A stretch of 64,000 nucleotides of DNA from the human T2T-CHM13v2.0 reference genome, Homo sapiens. The position numbers and the translations under genes were made by a program. Where the stretch lies: contig CP086569.2 of NCBI GenBank assembly GCA_009914755.4, positions 576,001 through 640,000 of the forward strand, read 5' to 3'. Of this stretch, positions 1 to 12,838 are shown piece by piece (the stretch's first letter is position 1; the number at the start of each line of letters is the position of its first letter). The notes below the pieces were generated by a model. The model ran no database searches and was not told the DNA's origin. It saw only the letters and a list, made by a program, of their open reading frames with translations.

Positions 1-560
1 ATTTCTGTCACTGAGCATGATGTCTTCAAGGTTCTTCCACACTTCAGCCAGTGTCAGAGCTTTGTTCTTTTTCATGGCTGTATAATATTCCACTGTCTGG
101 ATGGACCATATTCTGTTTACCCTTTCAACTGCCAATGGACTCCTGGGTTGTTTCCAGCTTTGGGTCATTGTGAGTCATGCTGCTATGAACATTTGTGTCT
201 AGGTTTTTGTTTGAACATCCGTTTTCAGTTCTTTTTGGTACGTACCCAGGAGTTGAATGGCCGGCTTTAGGGTAGCTTCATGTTTAGCCTTTTGAGAAAC
301 CACCAAGCTGTTTAGAGACAAAAATGCTTTTGTCTTCCTCTGGTTCGAGGTTCCCTGTGATCCATAAAAATGGTTCAGCCTCCCTACTTGGTGTCTCTGT
401 TTCAAAGGAATGTGCTCATGTAGAGAAGGATATTTTTTGGAGTCTGGATTTTTGGGTCTGGGAGAAGGTTGAGAAGAGAAAGAGTGGATATCGTTGATCT
501 TTGTAGGGCAGAAAATTGCTGCAGCATCCACAATTGATTCTGCCATTGTGGGAAGTCAGC
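1..560 (-). mobile_element. LINE-1 ORF2 C-terminal fragment from an old L1 subfamily, truncated by the window edge
   Basis: The minus-strand translation (ORF 199..546) reads ...KPAIQLLGTYQKELKT..., and the reverse complement of bases 1-200 reads ...EYYTAMKKNKALTLAEVWKNLEDIMLS... These match the conserved L1 ORF2 motifs PAIPLLGIYPKE and EYYSAIKKNEIMSFAATWMELE. Confidence 0.75.
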
Positions 561-774
561 TAAGAGCTGCCTCTCTGCTCTTGAACCTGGTTGCAAAGGT
601 GGATTGAGGGAGGTCGGCCTGGCCTGAGGCTGGGATCTGTCAGGACCAGTCAAAACCGTCAAATTCCTTCTTCCTTTTTGTACTGCGAGGTCACAGGACA
701 GGTGCCAGCATCTACCTGTGATCCAGGAGCTGGGGCTAAGAAGTAGCCAGGTGGTACTGGAGTAACCTGTCCTG

Positions 775-3700
775 CACCCAAGTTCTGAACAACTGACCAC
801 CTGCAGGACCCTCCCCACCTGAGATCTGAACACCTCACCAACTGCAGTGACCGTCCCCACCTGAGATCTGACCACCTCACCACCTGCAGTGACCCTCCCC
901 CACCTGAGATCTGACCACCTGACCACCTGCAGAGACCCTCCCCACCTGAGATCTAAACAACTGACCACCTGCAGTGACCCTCCCCACCTGAGATCTAAAC
1001 ACCTGACCACCTGCAGGGACCCTCCCCACCTGAGATCTGAACACCTGACCACCTGCAGAGACCCTCCCCACCTGAGATCTAAACAACTGACCACCTGCAG
1101 GGACCCTCCCCACCTGAGATCTGAACACCTGACCACCTGCAGTGACCCTCCCCACCTGAGATCTGAACACCTGACCACCTGCAGGGACCCTCCCCACCTG
1201 AGATCTGAACACCTGACCACCTGCAGTGACCCTCCCCACCTGAGATCTAAACACCTGACCACCTGCAGGGACCCTCCCCACCTGAGATCTAAACACCTGA
1301 CCACCTGCAGGGACCCTCCCCACCTGAGATCTGAACACCTGACCACCTGCAGGGACCCTCCCCACCTGAGATCTGAACACCTGACCACCTGCAGTGACCC
1401 TCCCCACCTGAGATCTAAACACCTGACCACCTGAAGGGACCCTCCCCACCTGAGATCTAAACACCTGACCACCTGCAGGGACCCTCCCCACCTGAGATCT
1501 AAACACCTGACCACCTGCAGTGACCCTCCCCACCTGAGATCTAAACAACTGACCACCTGCAGAGACCCTCCCCACCTGAGATCTAAACACCTGACCACCT
1601 GCAGGGACCCTCCCCCACCTGAGATCTAAACACCTGACCACCTGCAGAGACCCTCCCCACCTGAGATCTAAACAACTGACCACCTGCAGGGACCCTCCCC
1701 ACCTGAGATCTGAACACCTGACCACCTGCAGTGACCCTCCCCACCTGAGATCTAAACAACTGACCACCTGCAGGGACCCTCCCCACCTGAGATCTAAACA
1801 CCTGACCACCTGCAGGTACCCTCCCCCACCTGAGATCTGAACACCTGACCACCTGCAGGGACCCTCCCCACCTGAGATCTAAACACCTGACCACCTGCAG
1901 TGACCCTCCCCACCTGAGATCTAAACACCTGACCACCTGCAGGGACCCTCCCCACCTGAGATCTGAACACCTGACCACCTGCAGGGACCCTCCCCACCTG
2001 AGATCTGAACACCTGACCACCTGCAGTGACCCTCCCCACCTGAGATCTAAACACCTGACCACCTGCAGGGACCCTCCCCACCTGAGATCTAAACACCTGA
2101 CCACCTGCAGGGACCCTCCCCACCTGAGATCTAAACACCTGACCACCTGCAGGGACCCTCCCCACCTGAGATCTAAACACCTGACCACCTGCAGGGACCC
2201 TCCCCACCTGAGATCTAAACAGCTGACCACCTGCAGTGACCCTCCCCACCTGAGATCTAAACAACTGACCACCTGCAGAGACCCTCCCCCACCTGAGATC
2301 TAAACACCTGACCACCTGCAGGTACCCTCCCCCACCTGAGATCTGAACACCTGACCACCTGCAGAGACCCTCCCCACCTGAGATCTAAACACCTGACCAC
2401 CTGCAGAGACCCTCCCCCACCTGAGATCTGAACACCTGACCACCAGCAGTGACCCTCCCCACCTGAGATCTAAACACCTGACCACCTGCAGAGACCCTCC
2501 CCCACCTGAGATCTAAACAACTGACCACCTGCAGGGACCCTCCCCCACCTGAGATCTGAACACCTGACCACCTGCAGGGACCCTCCCCACCTGAGATCTA
2601 AACACCTGACCACCTGCAGAGACCCTCCCCCACCTGAGATCTAAACAACTGACCACCTGCAGGGACCCTGCCCCACCTGAGATCTGAACACCTGACCACC
2701 TGCAGAGACCCTCCCCACCTGAGATCTGAACACCTGACCACCTGCAGGGACCCTCCCCACCTGAGATCTGACCACCTGACCACCTGCAGAGACCCTCCCC
2801 ACCTGAGATCTAAACAACTGACCACCTGCAGGGACCCTCCCCACCTGAGATCTGAACACCTGACCACCTGCAGTGACCCTCCCCACCTGAGATCTAAACA
2901 CCTGACCACCTGCAGTGACCCTCCCCACCTGAGATCTAAACACCTGACCACCTGCAGTGACCCTCCCCACCTGAGATCTGAACACCTGACCACCTGCAGT
3001 GACCCTCCCCACCTGAGATCTGAACACCTGACCACCTGCAGGGACCCTCCCCACCTGAGATCTGAACACCTGACCACCTGCAGTGACCCTCCCCACCTGA
3101 GATCTAAACACCTGACCACCTGCAGGGACCCTCCCCACCTGAGATCTGAACACCTGACCACCTGCAGTGACCCTCCCCACCTGAGATCTGAACACCTGAC
3201 CACCTGCAGGGACCCTCCCCACCTGAGATCTGACCACCTGACCACCTGCAGGGACCCTCCCCACCTGAGATCTAAACACCTGACCACCTGCAGGGACCCT
3301 CCCCACCTGAGATCTAAACACCTGACCACCTGCAGAGACCCTCCCCACCTGAGATCTAAACACCTGACCACCTGCAGAGACCCTCCCCACCTGAGATCTA
3401 AACACCTGACCACCTGCAGAGACCCTCCCCACCCAAGATCTGACCACCTGACCACCTGCAGTGACCCTCCCCACCTGAGATCTAAACACCTGACCACCTG
3501 CAGAGACCCTCCCCACCTGAGATCTAAACACCTGACCACCTGCAGAGACCCTCCCCACCCAAGATCTGACCACCTGACCACCTGCAGTGACCCTCCCCAC
3601 CTGAGATCTAAACACCTGACCACCTGCAGAGACCCTCCCCACCCAAGATCTGACCACCTGACCACCTGCAGTGACCCTCCCCACCTGAGATCTAAACAAC

Positions 3701-4885
3701 TGACCACCTGCAGGGACCCTCCCCCACCTGAGATCTAAACACCTGACCACCTGCAGAGACCCTCCCCACCTGAGATCTAAACAACTGACCACCTGCAGGG
3801 ACCCTCCCCCACCTGAGATCTAAACACCTGACCACCTGCAGAGACCCTCCCCCACCTGAGATCTAAACACCTGACCACCTGCAGGGACCCTCCCCACCTG
3901 AGATCTAAACACCTGACCACCTGCAGGGACCCTCCCCACCTGAGATCTAAACACCTGACCACCTGCAGAGACCCTCCCCACCCGAGATCTAAACACCTGA
4001 CCACCTGCAGGGACCCTCCCCACCTGAGATCTAAACACCTGACCACCTGCAGGGACCCTCCCCACCTGAGATCTAAACACCTGACCACCTGCAGAGACCC
4101 TCCCCCACCTGAGATCTAAACACCTGACCACCTGCAGAGACCCTCCCCCACCTGAGATCTAAACACCTGACCACCTGCAGAGACCCTCCCCCACCTGAGA
4201 TCTAAACACCTGACCACCTGCAGTGACCCTCCCCACCCGAGATCTGACCACCTGACCACCTGCAGAGACCCTCCCCCACCTGAGATCTAAACAACTGACC
4301 ACCTGCAGGGACCCTCCCCCACCTGAGATCTAAACACCTGACCACCTGCAGAGACCCTCCCCCACCTGAGATCTAAACACCTGACCACCTGCAGAGACCC
4401 TCCCCCACCTGAGATCTAAACACCTGACCACCTGCAGTGACCCTCCCCACCCGAGATCTGACCACCTGACCACCTGCAGAGACCCTCCCCACCTGAGATC
4501 TAAACACCTGACCACCTGCAGAGACCCTCCCCCACCTGAGATCTAAACACCTGACCACCTGCAGGGACCCTCCCCACCTGAGATCTAAACACCTGACCAC
4601 CTGCAGAGACCCTCCCCACCTGAGATCTAAACACCTGACCACCTGCAGGGACCCTCCCCACCTGAGATCTAAACACCTGACCACCTGCAGAGACCCTCCC
4701 CACCTGAGATCTAAACACCTGACCACCTGCAGAGACCCTCCCCACCTGAGATCTAAACACCTGACCACCTGCAGAGACCCTCCCCACCCAAGATCTGACC
4801 ACCTGACCACCTGCAGTGACCCTCCCCACCCGAGATCTGAACACCTCACCACCTACAGGTACCCTCCCCACCTGAGGTCTGAACA
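775..4885. repeat. 42-bp minisatellite (VNTR) of about 98 tandem copies. The unit is ccacctgcagNgaccctccccacctgagatctRaacacctga, with occasional 43-bp variants.
   Basis: A direct tandem period of 42 is visible throughout. Variant positions (cagTgac, cagGgac, cagAgac; tctGaac, tctAaac; cacctga, caactga) are interspersed. Because 42 = 14 codons, long open frames appear on both strands. Confidence 0.95.
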
Positions 4886-5106
4886 CCTGATGGTACATAA
4901 GCAGGGGTTTATATACCATCTTAACAAAGGATGATGAATTCCTGGAGGATTACCTAGGCAAAGGGAAAAAAAATTATGGACTTCCAGGGGTGGTACATTG
5001 TGGGAAGCTACATATCTTTGGGAAAGAAATGGAAGATAAGGGTGATTTCATCAGCTTTGATGCCTTCTCCATGACACGTGTCATCTGAAATAATTAAGAG
5101 CCATGC

Positions 5107-5849
<743 letters not shown>

Positions 5850-5850
<1 letters not shown>

Positions 5851-5965
5851 GATAGATAGATAGAAAGATAGATAGGTAGGTAGGTAGATAGATAGATAGA
5901 TGATAGAAAGATAGAAAGATAGGTAGATAGATAGATAGATAGAAAGATAGACAGATAGATGGAAA
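5850..5965. repeat. (GATA)n / (GAAA) compound microsatellite
   Basis: gatagatagatagaaagatagataggtagg... lies directly next to the LTR 3' end. Confidence 0.9.
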
Positions 5966-6960
5966 GATAGAGAACTATATATATAGTTTTATATATAGAA
6001 TGATACATAGTGTTATATATAGATATTTATATATAAACTATATATAACTACATAGTTTATATATAAAACTGTATAACTATATACAGTTTTACATATATAA
6101 AACTATATATGACTATATATAGTTATATTTATATATACATATATGTAAAACTATATATAAATATATATCTATAACATATAAAACTATGTGTAACATATAT
6201 AGTTACATTTACATATCTATACATATATGTAAAAATATATAGTTATAGTTTTATATATGTAAAACTACATATATAGTTTTATGTAAAACTATATATAAAA
6301 CTACACTATAAAACTATATATAAGACTATATAAAACTATATATAACTACATAGTAATATACATATAATGTTAAAACTATAACTGTATATAAACTACATAA
6401 TATATAATATATATTTAAATATATATAGTTATATATAACTATATATAACTATATATAGTGTTAAATATAAATATATAACTATATATAGTGTTAAAACTAT
6501 ATATAATATATAATATATATTAAATATATATATTTATATATAACTATATATAAACTATATATAATATATAATATATATTAAATATATATATTTATATATA
6601 ACTATATATAAACATATATAATATATAATATATATTTAAATATATATTTATATATAACTATATATAAACTATATATAATATATAATATATATTTAAATAT
6701 ATATATTTATATATAACTATATATAAACTATATATAATATATAATATATATTTAAATATATATTTATATATAACTATATATAGTGATATATATAATATAT
6801 GTATAGTTATATATATAACTATGTATAGTGATATATATAATATATGTATAGTTATATATATAACTATATATAGTGATATATAATATATGTATAGTTATAT
6901 ATATAACTATATATAACTGCAGAATGTATATATACAGAATAGATATATACGTCTAATAGT
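5965..6960. repeat. AT-rich tandem repeat built on TATATA/AACTATATATA, with a clear higher-order period of about 61-62 bp between roughly 6500 and 6800
   Basis: Repeated blocks of the form tatatataactatatataaactatatataatatataatatatatttaaatatatatatttat. Confidence 0.85.
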
Positions 6961-7299
6961 GTATATATATATATAAATAAGAGTTCTGTCTCTCATAGTA
7001 TATATATTTATGTCTCTCCTTTAGTTCTCTTCTCTAGAGAACCGTGACTAATACACCTGTACAAAAGGAAATGTATGTTCTGCCATTGTGCATTTGGGAG
7101 GGCGACCTCCAAGGCCTCCATCCCTTCCCTGGAGCTGATGGAGATGCGCTGCCCTTGGCTATTGCTATGAGGGGTACTGGGCTGGGGCAGGGATCCCCAT
7201 GGGGACACCACACCTTTCCTTTTGAGTTCCCCAAGGTTGCAGTGTTTCTGATGACTGAGCATTGAGGACAGTGGGGACACCACCTGGAAGGCAGGGCCT

Positions 7300-7500
7300 G
7301 GTCCCATATAAAAGAGGCAACGAGAGAGCCAAGGCCAGCTCTCCTTGTTGTTCTGAGCCTGGCCAGCAGCCAAGGGAGATGATGGACACAGTCCAGGGTG
7401 ATGTGGGCCCCTCCCTCTTGCGCTGCCCCTGGGCTGAGCTGGACGCTGCAAATTCGCGGGAAGACACGTTTTCGGCATCACCCCGTCCTGCAGGTAGAGG
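7300..7500 (+). promoter_or_regulatory. Candidate TATA-box promoter plus first coding exon of an unidentified gene
   Basis: catataaaagaggc at about 7305-7318 is followed about 65 bp downstream by ATGATGGACACAGTCCAGGGT. The frame stays open to CCTGCAG|gtagag, a GT donor, at about 7490. ORF 7262..7525 covers this stretch. I cannot assign the protein to any family. Confidence 0.2.
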
Positions 7501-7724
7501 GAGCCCTGGAGAGATTGTCTTCTGAGTTCCTTTCTCTTTTATTTATTTAGATTTGTGGGGCAGCCCTACTTTGTTCTATGAGAAAAGCAGGAGGGACCAG
7601 GAGGAGGTTCTATGGATGATGACCACGACCGACGTAATCTCAGGCAAGCTTCAGAAGAGGAGACGTGAGCGTTCACTAAGGAAGATCAAACGCACCCGCA
7701 AAAAGATGAGCCCAGCTTTGCTAA

Positions 7725-9600
7725 CGCCCTGGTGAGTGTCAGGTACAGATAGAGGATGAAAACCTTCAACACACAGGGAACGTGGGCTCCCAGCAGAGCT
7801 GACCACAGACAGGCCCAGGCCCTGCTAACACCCCAGTCACAGGTCCAGTGCAGACAGTGGACGCCGGTATTCAATGCACAGGGGACGTGTCTCCCTGCAA
7901 ACCTCACCACAGATGGGCCCAGGCCCTGCTAACGCCCCGGTCACAGGTCAGGTGTAGACAGTGGATACTGGTATTCAATGCACAGGGGACATGTGCTCCC
8001 TGCAGAACTGACTCCAGACAGGCCCAGGCCCTGCTAATGCCCCGGTCACAGGTCAGGTGCAGACAGTGGACACTGGTATTTAATGCAGGGGGGATGTGGG
8101 CTCCCAGCAGAACTGACCCCAGACAGGCCCAGGCCCTGCTAACGCTCCGGTCACAGGTCAGGTGCAGACAGTGGACGCTGGTATTCAATGCACAGGGGAT
8201 GTGGGCTCCCAGCAGAGCTCACCACAGACAGGCCCAGGCCCTGCTAACGCCCCGGTCACAGGTCAGGTGCAGACAGTAGACGCCGGTATTCAATGCACAG
8301 GGGACGTGACTCCATGCAAACCTCACCACAGACGGGCCCAGGCCCTGCTAACGCCCCGGTCACAGGTCAGGTGTAGACAGTGGATACTGGTATTCAATGC
8401 ACAGGGGACATGTGCTCCCTGCAGAACTGACTCCAGACAGGCCCAGGCCCTGCTAATGCCCCGGTCACAGGTCAGGTGCAGACAGTGGACACTGGTATTT
8501 AATGCAGGGGGGATGTGGGCTCCCAGCAGAACTGACCCCAGACAGGCCCAGGCCCTGCTAACGCTCCGGTCACAGGTCAGGTGCAGACAGTGGACGCTGG
8601 TATTCAATGCACAGGGGACGTGACTCCATGCAAACCTCACCACAGACAGGTCCAGGCCCTGCTAACGCCCCAGTCGCAGGTCAGGTGCAGAGAGTGGACG
8701 CCGGTATTCAATGCACAGGGGACATGACTTCATGCAAACCTCACCACAGACAGGCCCAGGCCCTGCTAACATCCCAGTCACAGGTCAGGTGCAGACAGTG
8801 GACGCTGGTATTCAATGCACAGGGGACGTGACTCCATGCAAACCTCACCACAGACAGGTCCAGGTCCTGCTAACGCCCCGGTCGCAGGTCAGGTGCAGAC
8901 AGTGGACGTCGGTATTCAATGCACAGGGGACGTGTCTTCCTGCAAACCTCACCACAGACAGGTCCAGGCCCTGCTAACGCCCCGGTCGCAGGTCAGGTGC
9001 AGAGAGTGGACGCCGGTATTCAATGCACAGGGGACGTGACTCCATGCAAACCTCACCACAGACAGGTCCAGGCCCTGCTAACATCCCACTCACAGGTCAG
9101 GTGCATTCAGTGGACGCCGGTATTCAATGCACAGGGGACGATGGCTCCCAGCAGAGCTCACCACAGACAAGCCCAGGTCCTGCTAACGCCCAGGTCAGAC
9201 TGGGTCAGGTACAGATGGGACCAGGCCCTGCTAACACCCTGGTGAGTATCAGGTGCACACAGAAGATGGGAACAGGGGATGTGGGCTCCCTGCAGAACTG
9301 ACCACAGACAGTCCTGGTCCTTGCTAACACCCAGGCCAGTTTAGCTGAGGTATAGACGGCAGACGGCGGCATTTAATGCACAGGGAATGCGGGTTCCCTG
9401 CAAAACTCACCACAGACATGTCCAGGCACTGCTAACATCCTGGGCACAGGTCAGGTACACACAGTGGACGTGAACATTCAATACTCATCCCAGATGGGAC
9501 CAGACCCTGCTAACGCCCCAGTCAGAGGTCAGCTGGGCATTTAATACACGTGAGACATGGGGTCCTGCAGAACTCACAACAGACGGGCTGAGCCCCGCCA
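7725..9600. repeat. 104-bp minisatellite of about 18 copies with a 416-bp (4-unit) higher-order repeat. It degenerates after about 9150.
   Basis: ORFs restart every 104 bp (8607, 8711, 8815, 8919, 9023). The block at about 7890-8210 is repeated almost identically at about 8305-8625. The unit is ctgctaacgccccggtcacaggtcaggtgcagacagtggacgccggtattcaatgcacaggggacgtgactccatgcaaacctcaccacagacaggcccaggcc. Confidence 0.9.
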
Positions 9601-9719
9601 ACGCCCAGGTCAGAAGTCAGGGCCAGAGTGTTGTGGCGTTTTTCCCGGGATTTTTGTGTCCAGCTAAATCTGTCCAGCTGCCGTCAGCTGTAACGCCTAG
9701 GAGCTGCAGCAGTCTCTGC

Positions 9720-10368
9720 TACCCTTTTATTCTTTCTCTCTTTCTTTTTCTTTTTCTTTCTTTCTTTCTTTCTTTGTCTTTCTTTCTTCCTTTCTTTCCT
9801 TTCTTTCTTTCCTTTCTTTCCTTCCTTTCTTTCTTTCCTTCTTTCTTTCTTTCTTTGTTTCTTTCTTTGTCTTTCTTCCTTTCTTCCTTTCTTTCCTTTC
9901 TTTCCTTCCTTTTTCTTTCTTTCTTTCTTTGTCTTTCTTTCTTCCTTTCTTCCTTTCTTTCCTTTCTTTCTTTCCTTTCTTTTTCTTTCTTTCTTTCTTT
10001 GTCTTTCTTTCTTCCTTTCTTCCTTTCTTCCTTTCTTTCTTTCCTTTCCTTCCTTTCTTTCTTTCCTTCTTTCTTTCTTTGTCTTTCTTTCTTCCTTTCT
10101 TCCTTTCTTTCCTTTCTTTCCTTCCTTTCTTTCTTTCCTTCTTTGTCTTTCTTTCTTTCTTCCTTTCTTTCTTCCTTCCTTTCTTTCTTTCTTTCTCTTT
10201 CTTTCTTTCTTCTTTCTTTCTTTCATCTTTCCTTTCCCTTCCTTCCTTCCTTTCTTTCTTTCTTTGTTTCTTTCTTTGTCTTTCTTTCTTTCTTCCTTTC
10301 TTCCTTTCTTTCCTTTCTTTCCTTTCTTTCCTTCCTTTCTTTCCTTCTTTCTTTGTCTTTCTTCCTTC

Positions 10369-10412
<44 letters not shown>

Positions 10413-10518
10413 TTTCTTTCTTTCCTTCTTTCTGTCTCTTTCTTTCTTTCTTTCTTTCAGCTTTCCCTCCCTTCCTTCCTTCCTTCCTTCCTTCCTTCCT
10501 TCCTTCCTTCCTTCCTTC

Positions 10519-10577
<59 letters not shown>

Positions 10578-10590
10578 TTTCTTTCTTTCA
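9720..10590. repeat. (TTTC)n / (TTCC)n / (CTTTC)n polypyrimidine microsatellite of about 870 bp
   Basis: Uninterrupted ctttctttcttcctttc... continues into the poly-T, that is the reversed A-tail, of the adjacent minus-strand Alu. Confidence 0.95.
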
Positions 10591-10868
10591 ATGGGGTCTT
10601 TCTCTGTCGTCCAGGCTGGAGTGCAGGGGTGCGATCTCGGCTCACTGCAACCTCCGCCTCCCGGGTTCAAGCGATTTTCCTGCCTCAGCCTCCTGAGTAG
10701 CTGGGATTACACGAGGTGTGTGCCACCACGCCCAGGTAATTTTTGTATTTTTAGTAGAGACGGGGTTTCACCATGTTGGCCAGGCTGGTCTCAAACTCCT
10801 GACCTTGTGATCCACACGCCTCGGCCTCCCAATGTGCTGGGATGACAGGTGTGAGCCACTGCGCCCAG
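10590..10868 (-). mobile_element. Alu SINE
   Basis: Reverse-complement Alu: ...ggagtgcaggggtgcgatctcggctcactgcaacctccgcctcccgggttcaagcgatt... ...gtgagccactgcgcccag. Confidence 0.9.
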
Positions 10869-11422
10869 TCTCTGCTCCCTTTTTCGAAGGTTGCTTCTTT
10901 GTGCCTGTTCAGTCTTTTCTGGAACCTCCCATCTCTCTCACGGAGACCTTAGGGGGTGTCCCTTCTAGAATGCTGCCCTGGAGCTGTGCCTGACCCCTCC
11001 TGGGACTTGAGCATTTTTCTGTCGAATGAATGCAGAGGGGTGGAGAAAAACTCCCGCTCTAAACTGGACTTTGCTTCCAACGACGGCTGTTTTTGAATTG
11101 TACCCATCGCCTCTTCATGGTATAAGGTAAGGGCTAAATATATATTATTCACTGGGCAGAATTTTAGTTTGATTTTATGGTAGTGAAATTTACATACCAT
11201 ACAAGTAACCAATTTACAGCGTCCAGTTCAGGAGCCGATAGTACATTCACAATGTTATAGAATTGTCACCTCTCTCTGGTCCGAGAACATTCTCGTCACC
11301 CCAAAAGGCAACCCTGAACCCCATTAAACAGTCACCCCCATTTCCACTTCTGAACCCCTGGTGACCTCGAATCTACTTTCTGTGTTTATAGATATTGTCT
11401 CAGGTAAGCAGGGGTAAAATAA

Positions 11423-11758
<336 letters not shown>

Positions 11759-11933
11759 TAGCCTTATCTTTCCTTGGCATCGTCTTCATATCCAAAAAAA
11801 TCCCTCTGGCCAAGTTTTCCTTGTGATGCTTTTTCCAAAAAAAATTGCAGGGACTCTTTAGAAAATTCCAATCTCCCTGGCAGTTTATGCTTGACTAGTT
11901 GGAGTGGCCATTTGGCCTTTAAGAACCTGGAGC

Positions 11934-12578
<645 letters not shown>

Positions 12579-12636
12579 TCAGATATACATTCAAAATATT
12601 ATTTTCAATAAATGTCTTCTCAGGCGTCCAAATAGA

Positions 12637-12838
12637 CAAGCGATTCTCCAGCCTCAGCCTCCTGAGTAGCTGAGACTACAGGCACCCGCCACCAAGCCCG
12701 GCTAATTTTTGTATTTATAGTAGAGACAGGGTTTCACCATGTTGGCCAGCCTGGTCTCGAACTCCGAACCTCAAGTCATCCACCCACTTTGGCACCCCAA
12801 AGTACTGGGATTACAGGCGTGAGCCACCACGCCCGGAC
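12637..12838 (-). mobile_element. Partial Alu SINE
   Basis: caagcgattctccagcctcagcctcctgagtagctgagactacagg ... gcgtgagccaccacgcccggac. Its 5'-flank is paralogous to the flank of the Alu at 11455-11746. Confidence 0.8.

Noticed and set aside
402-4919. Very long ORFs on both strands, for example 402..1598 minus strand of 398 aa, 2641..3792 minus strand of 383 aa, 2598..3707 minus strand of 369 aa and 889..1434 plus strand of 181 aa, that could be repetitive proteins
   Set aside because: They lie wholly in the 42-bp (14-codon) minisatellite. Their sequences are perfect 14-aa iterations (RCLDLRWGGSLQVV and similar). They have no start context, are open in several frames at once, and are in human repeat DNA. 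They are tandem-repeat artefacts.
9633-10700. ORFs 9633..10700 plus strand (355 aa, F/L/S-rich) and 9684..10670 minus strand (328 aa, K/E/R-rich) as low-complexity proteins
   Set aside because: They are a direct read-through of the (TTTC)n / (GAAA)n microsatellite derived from an Alu tail. They are not coding.
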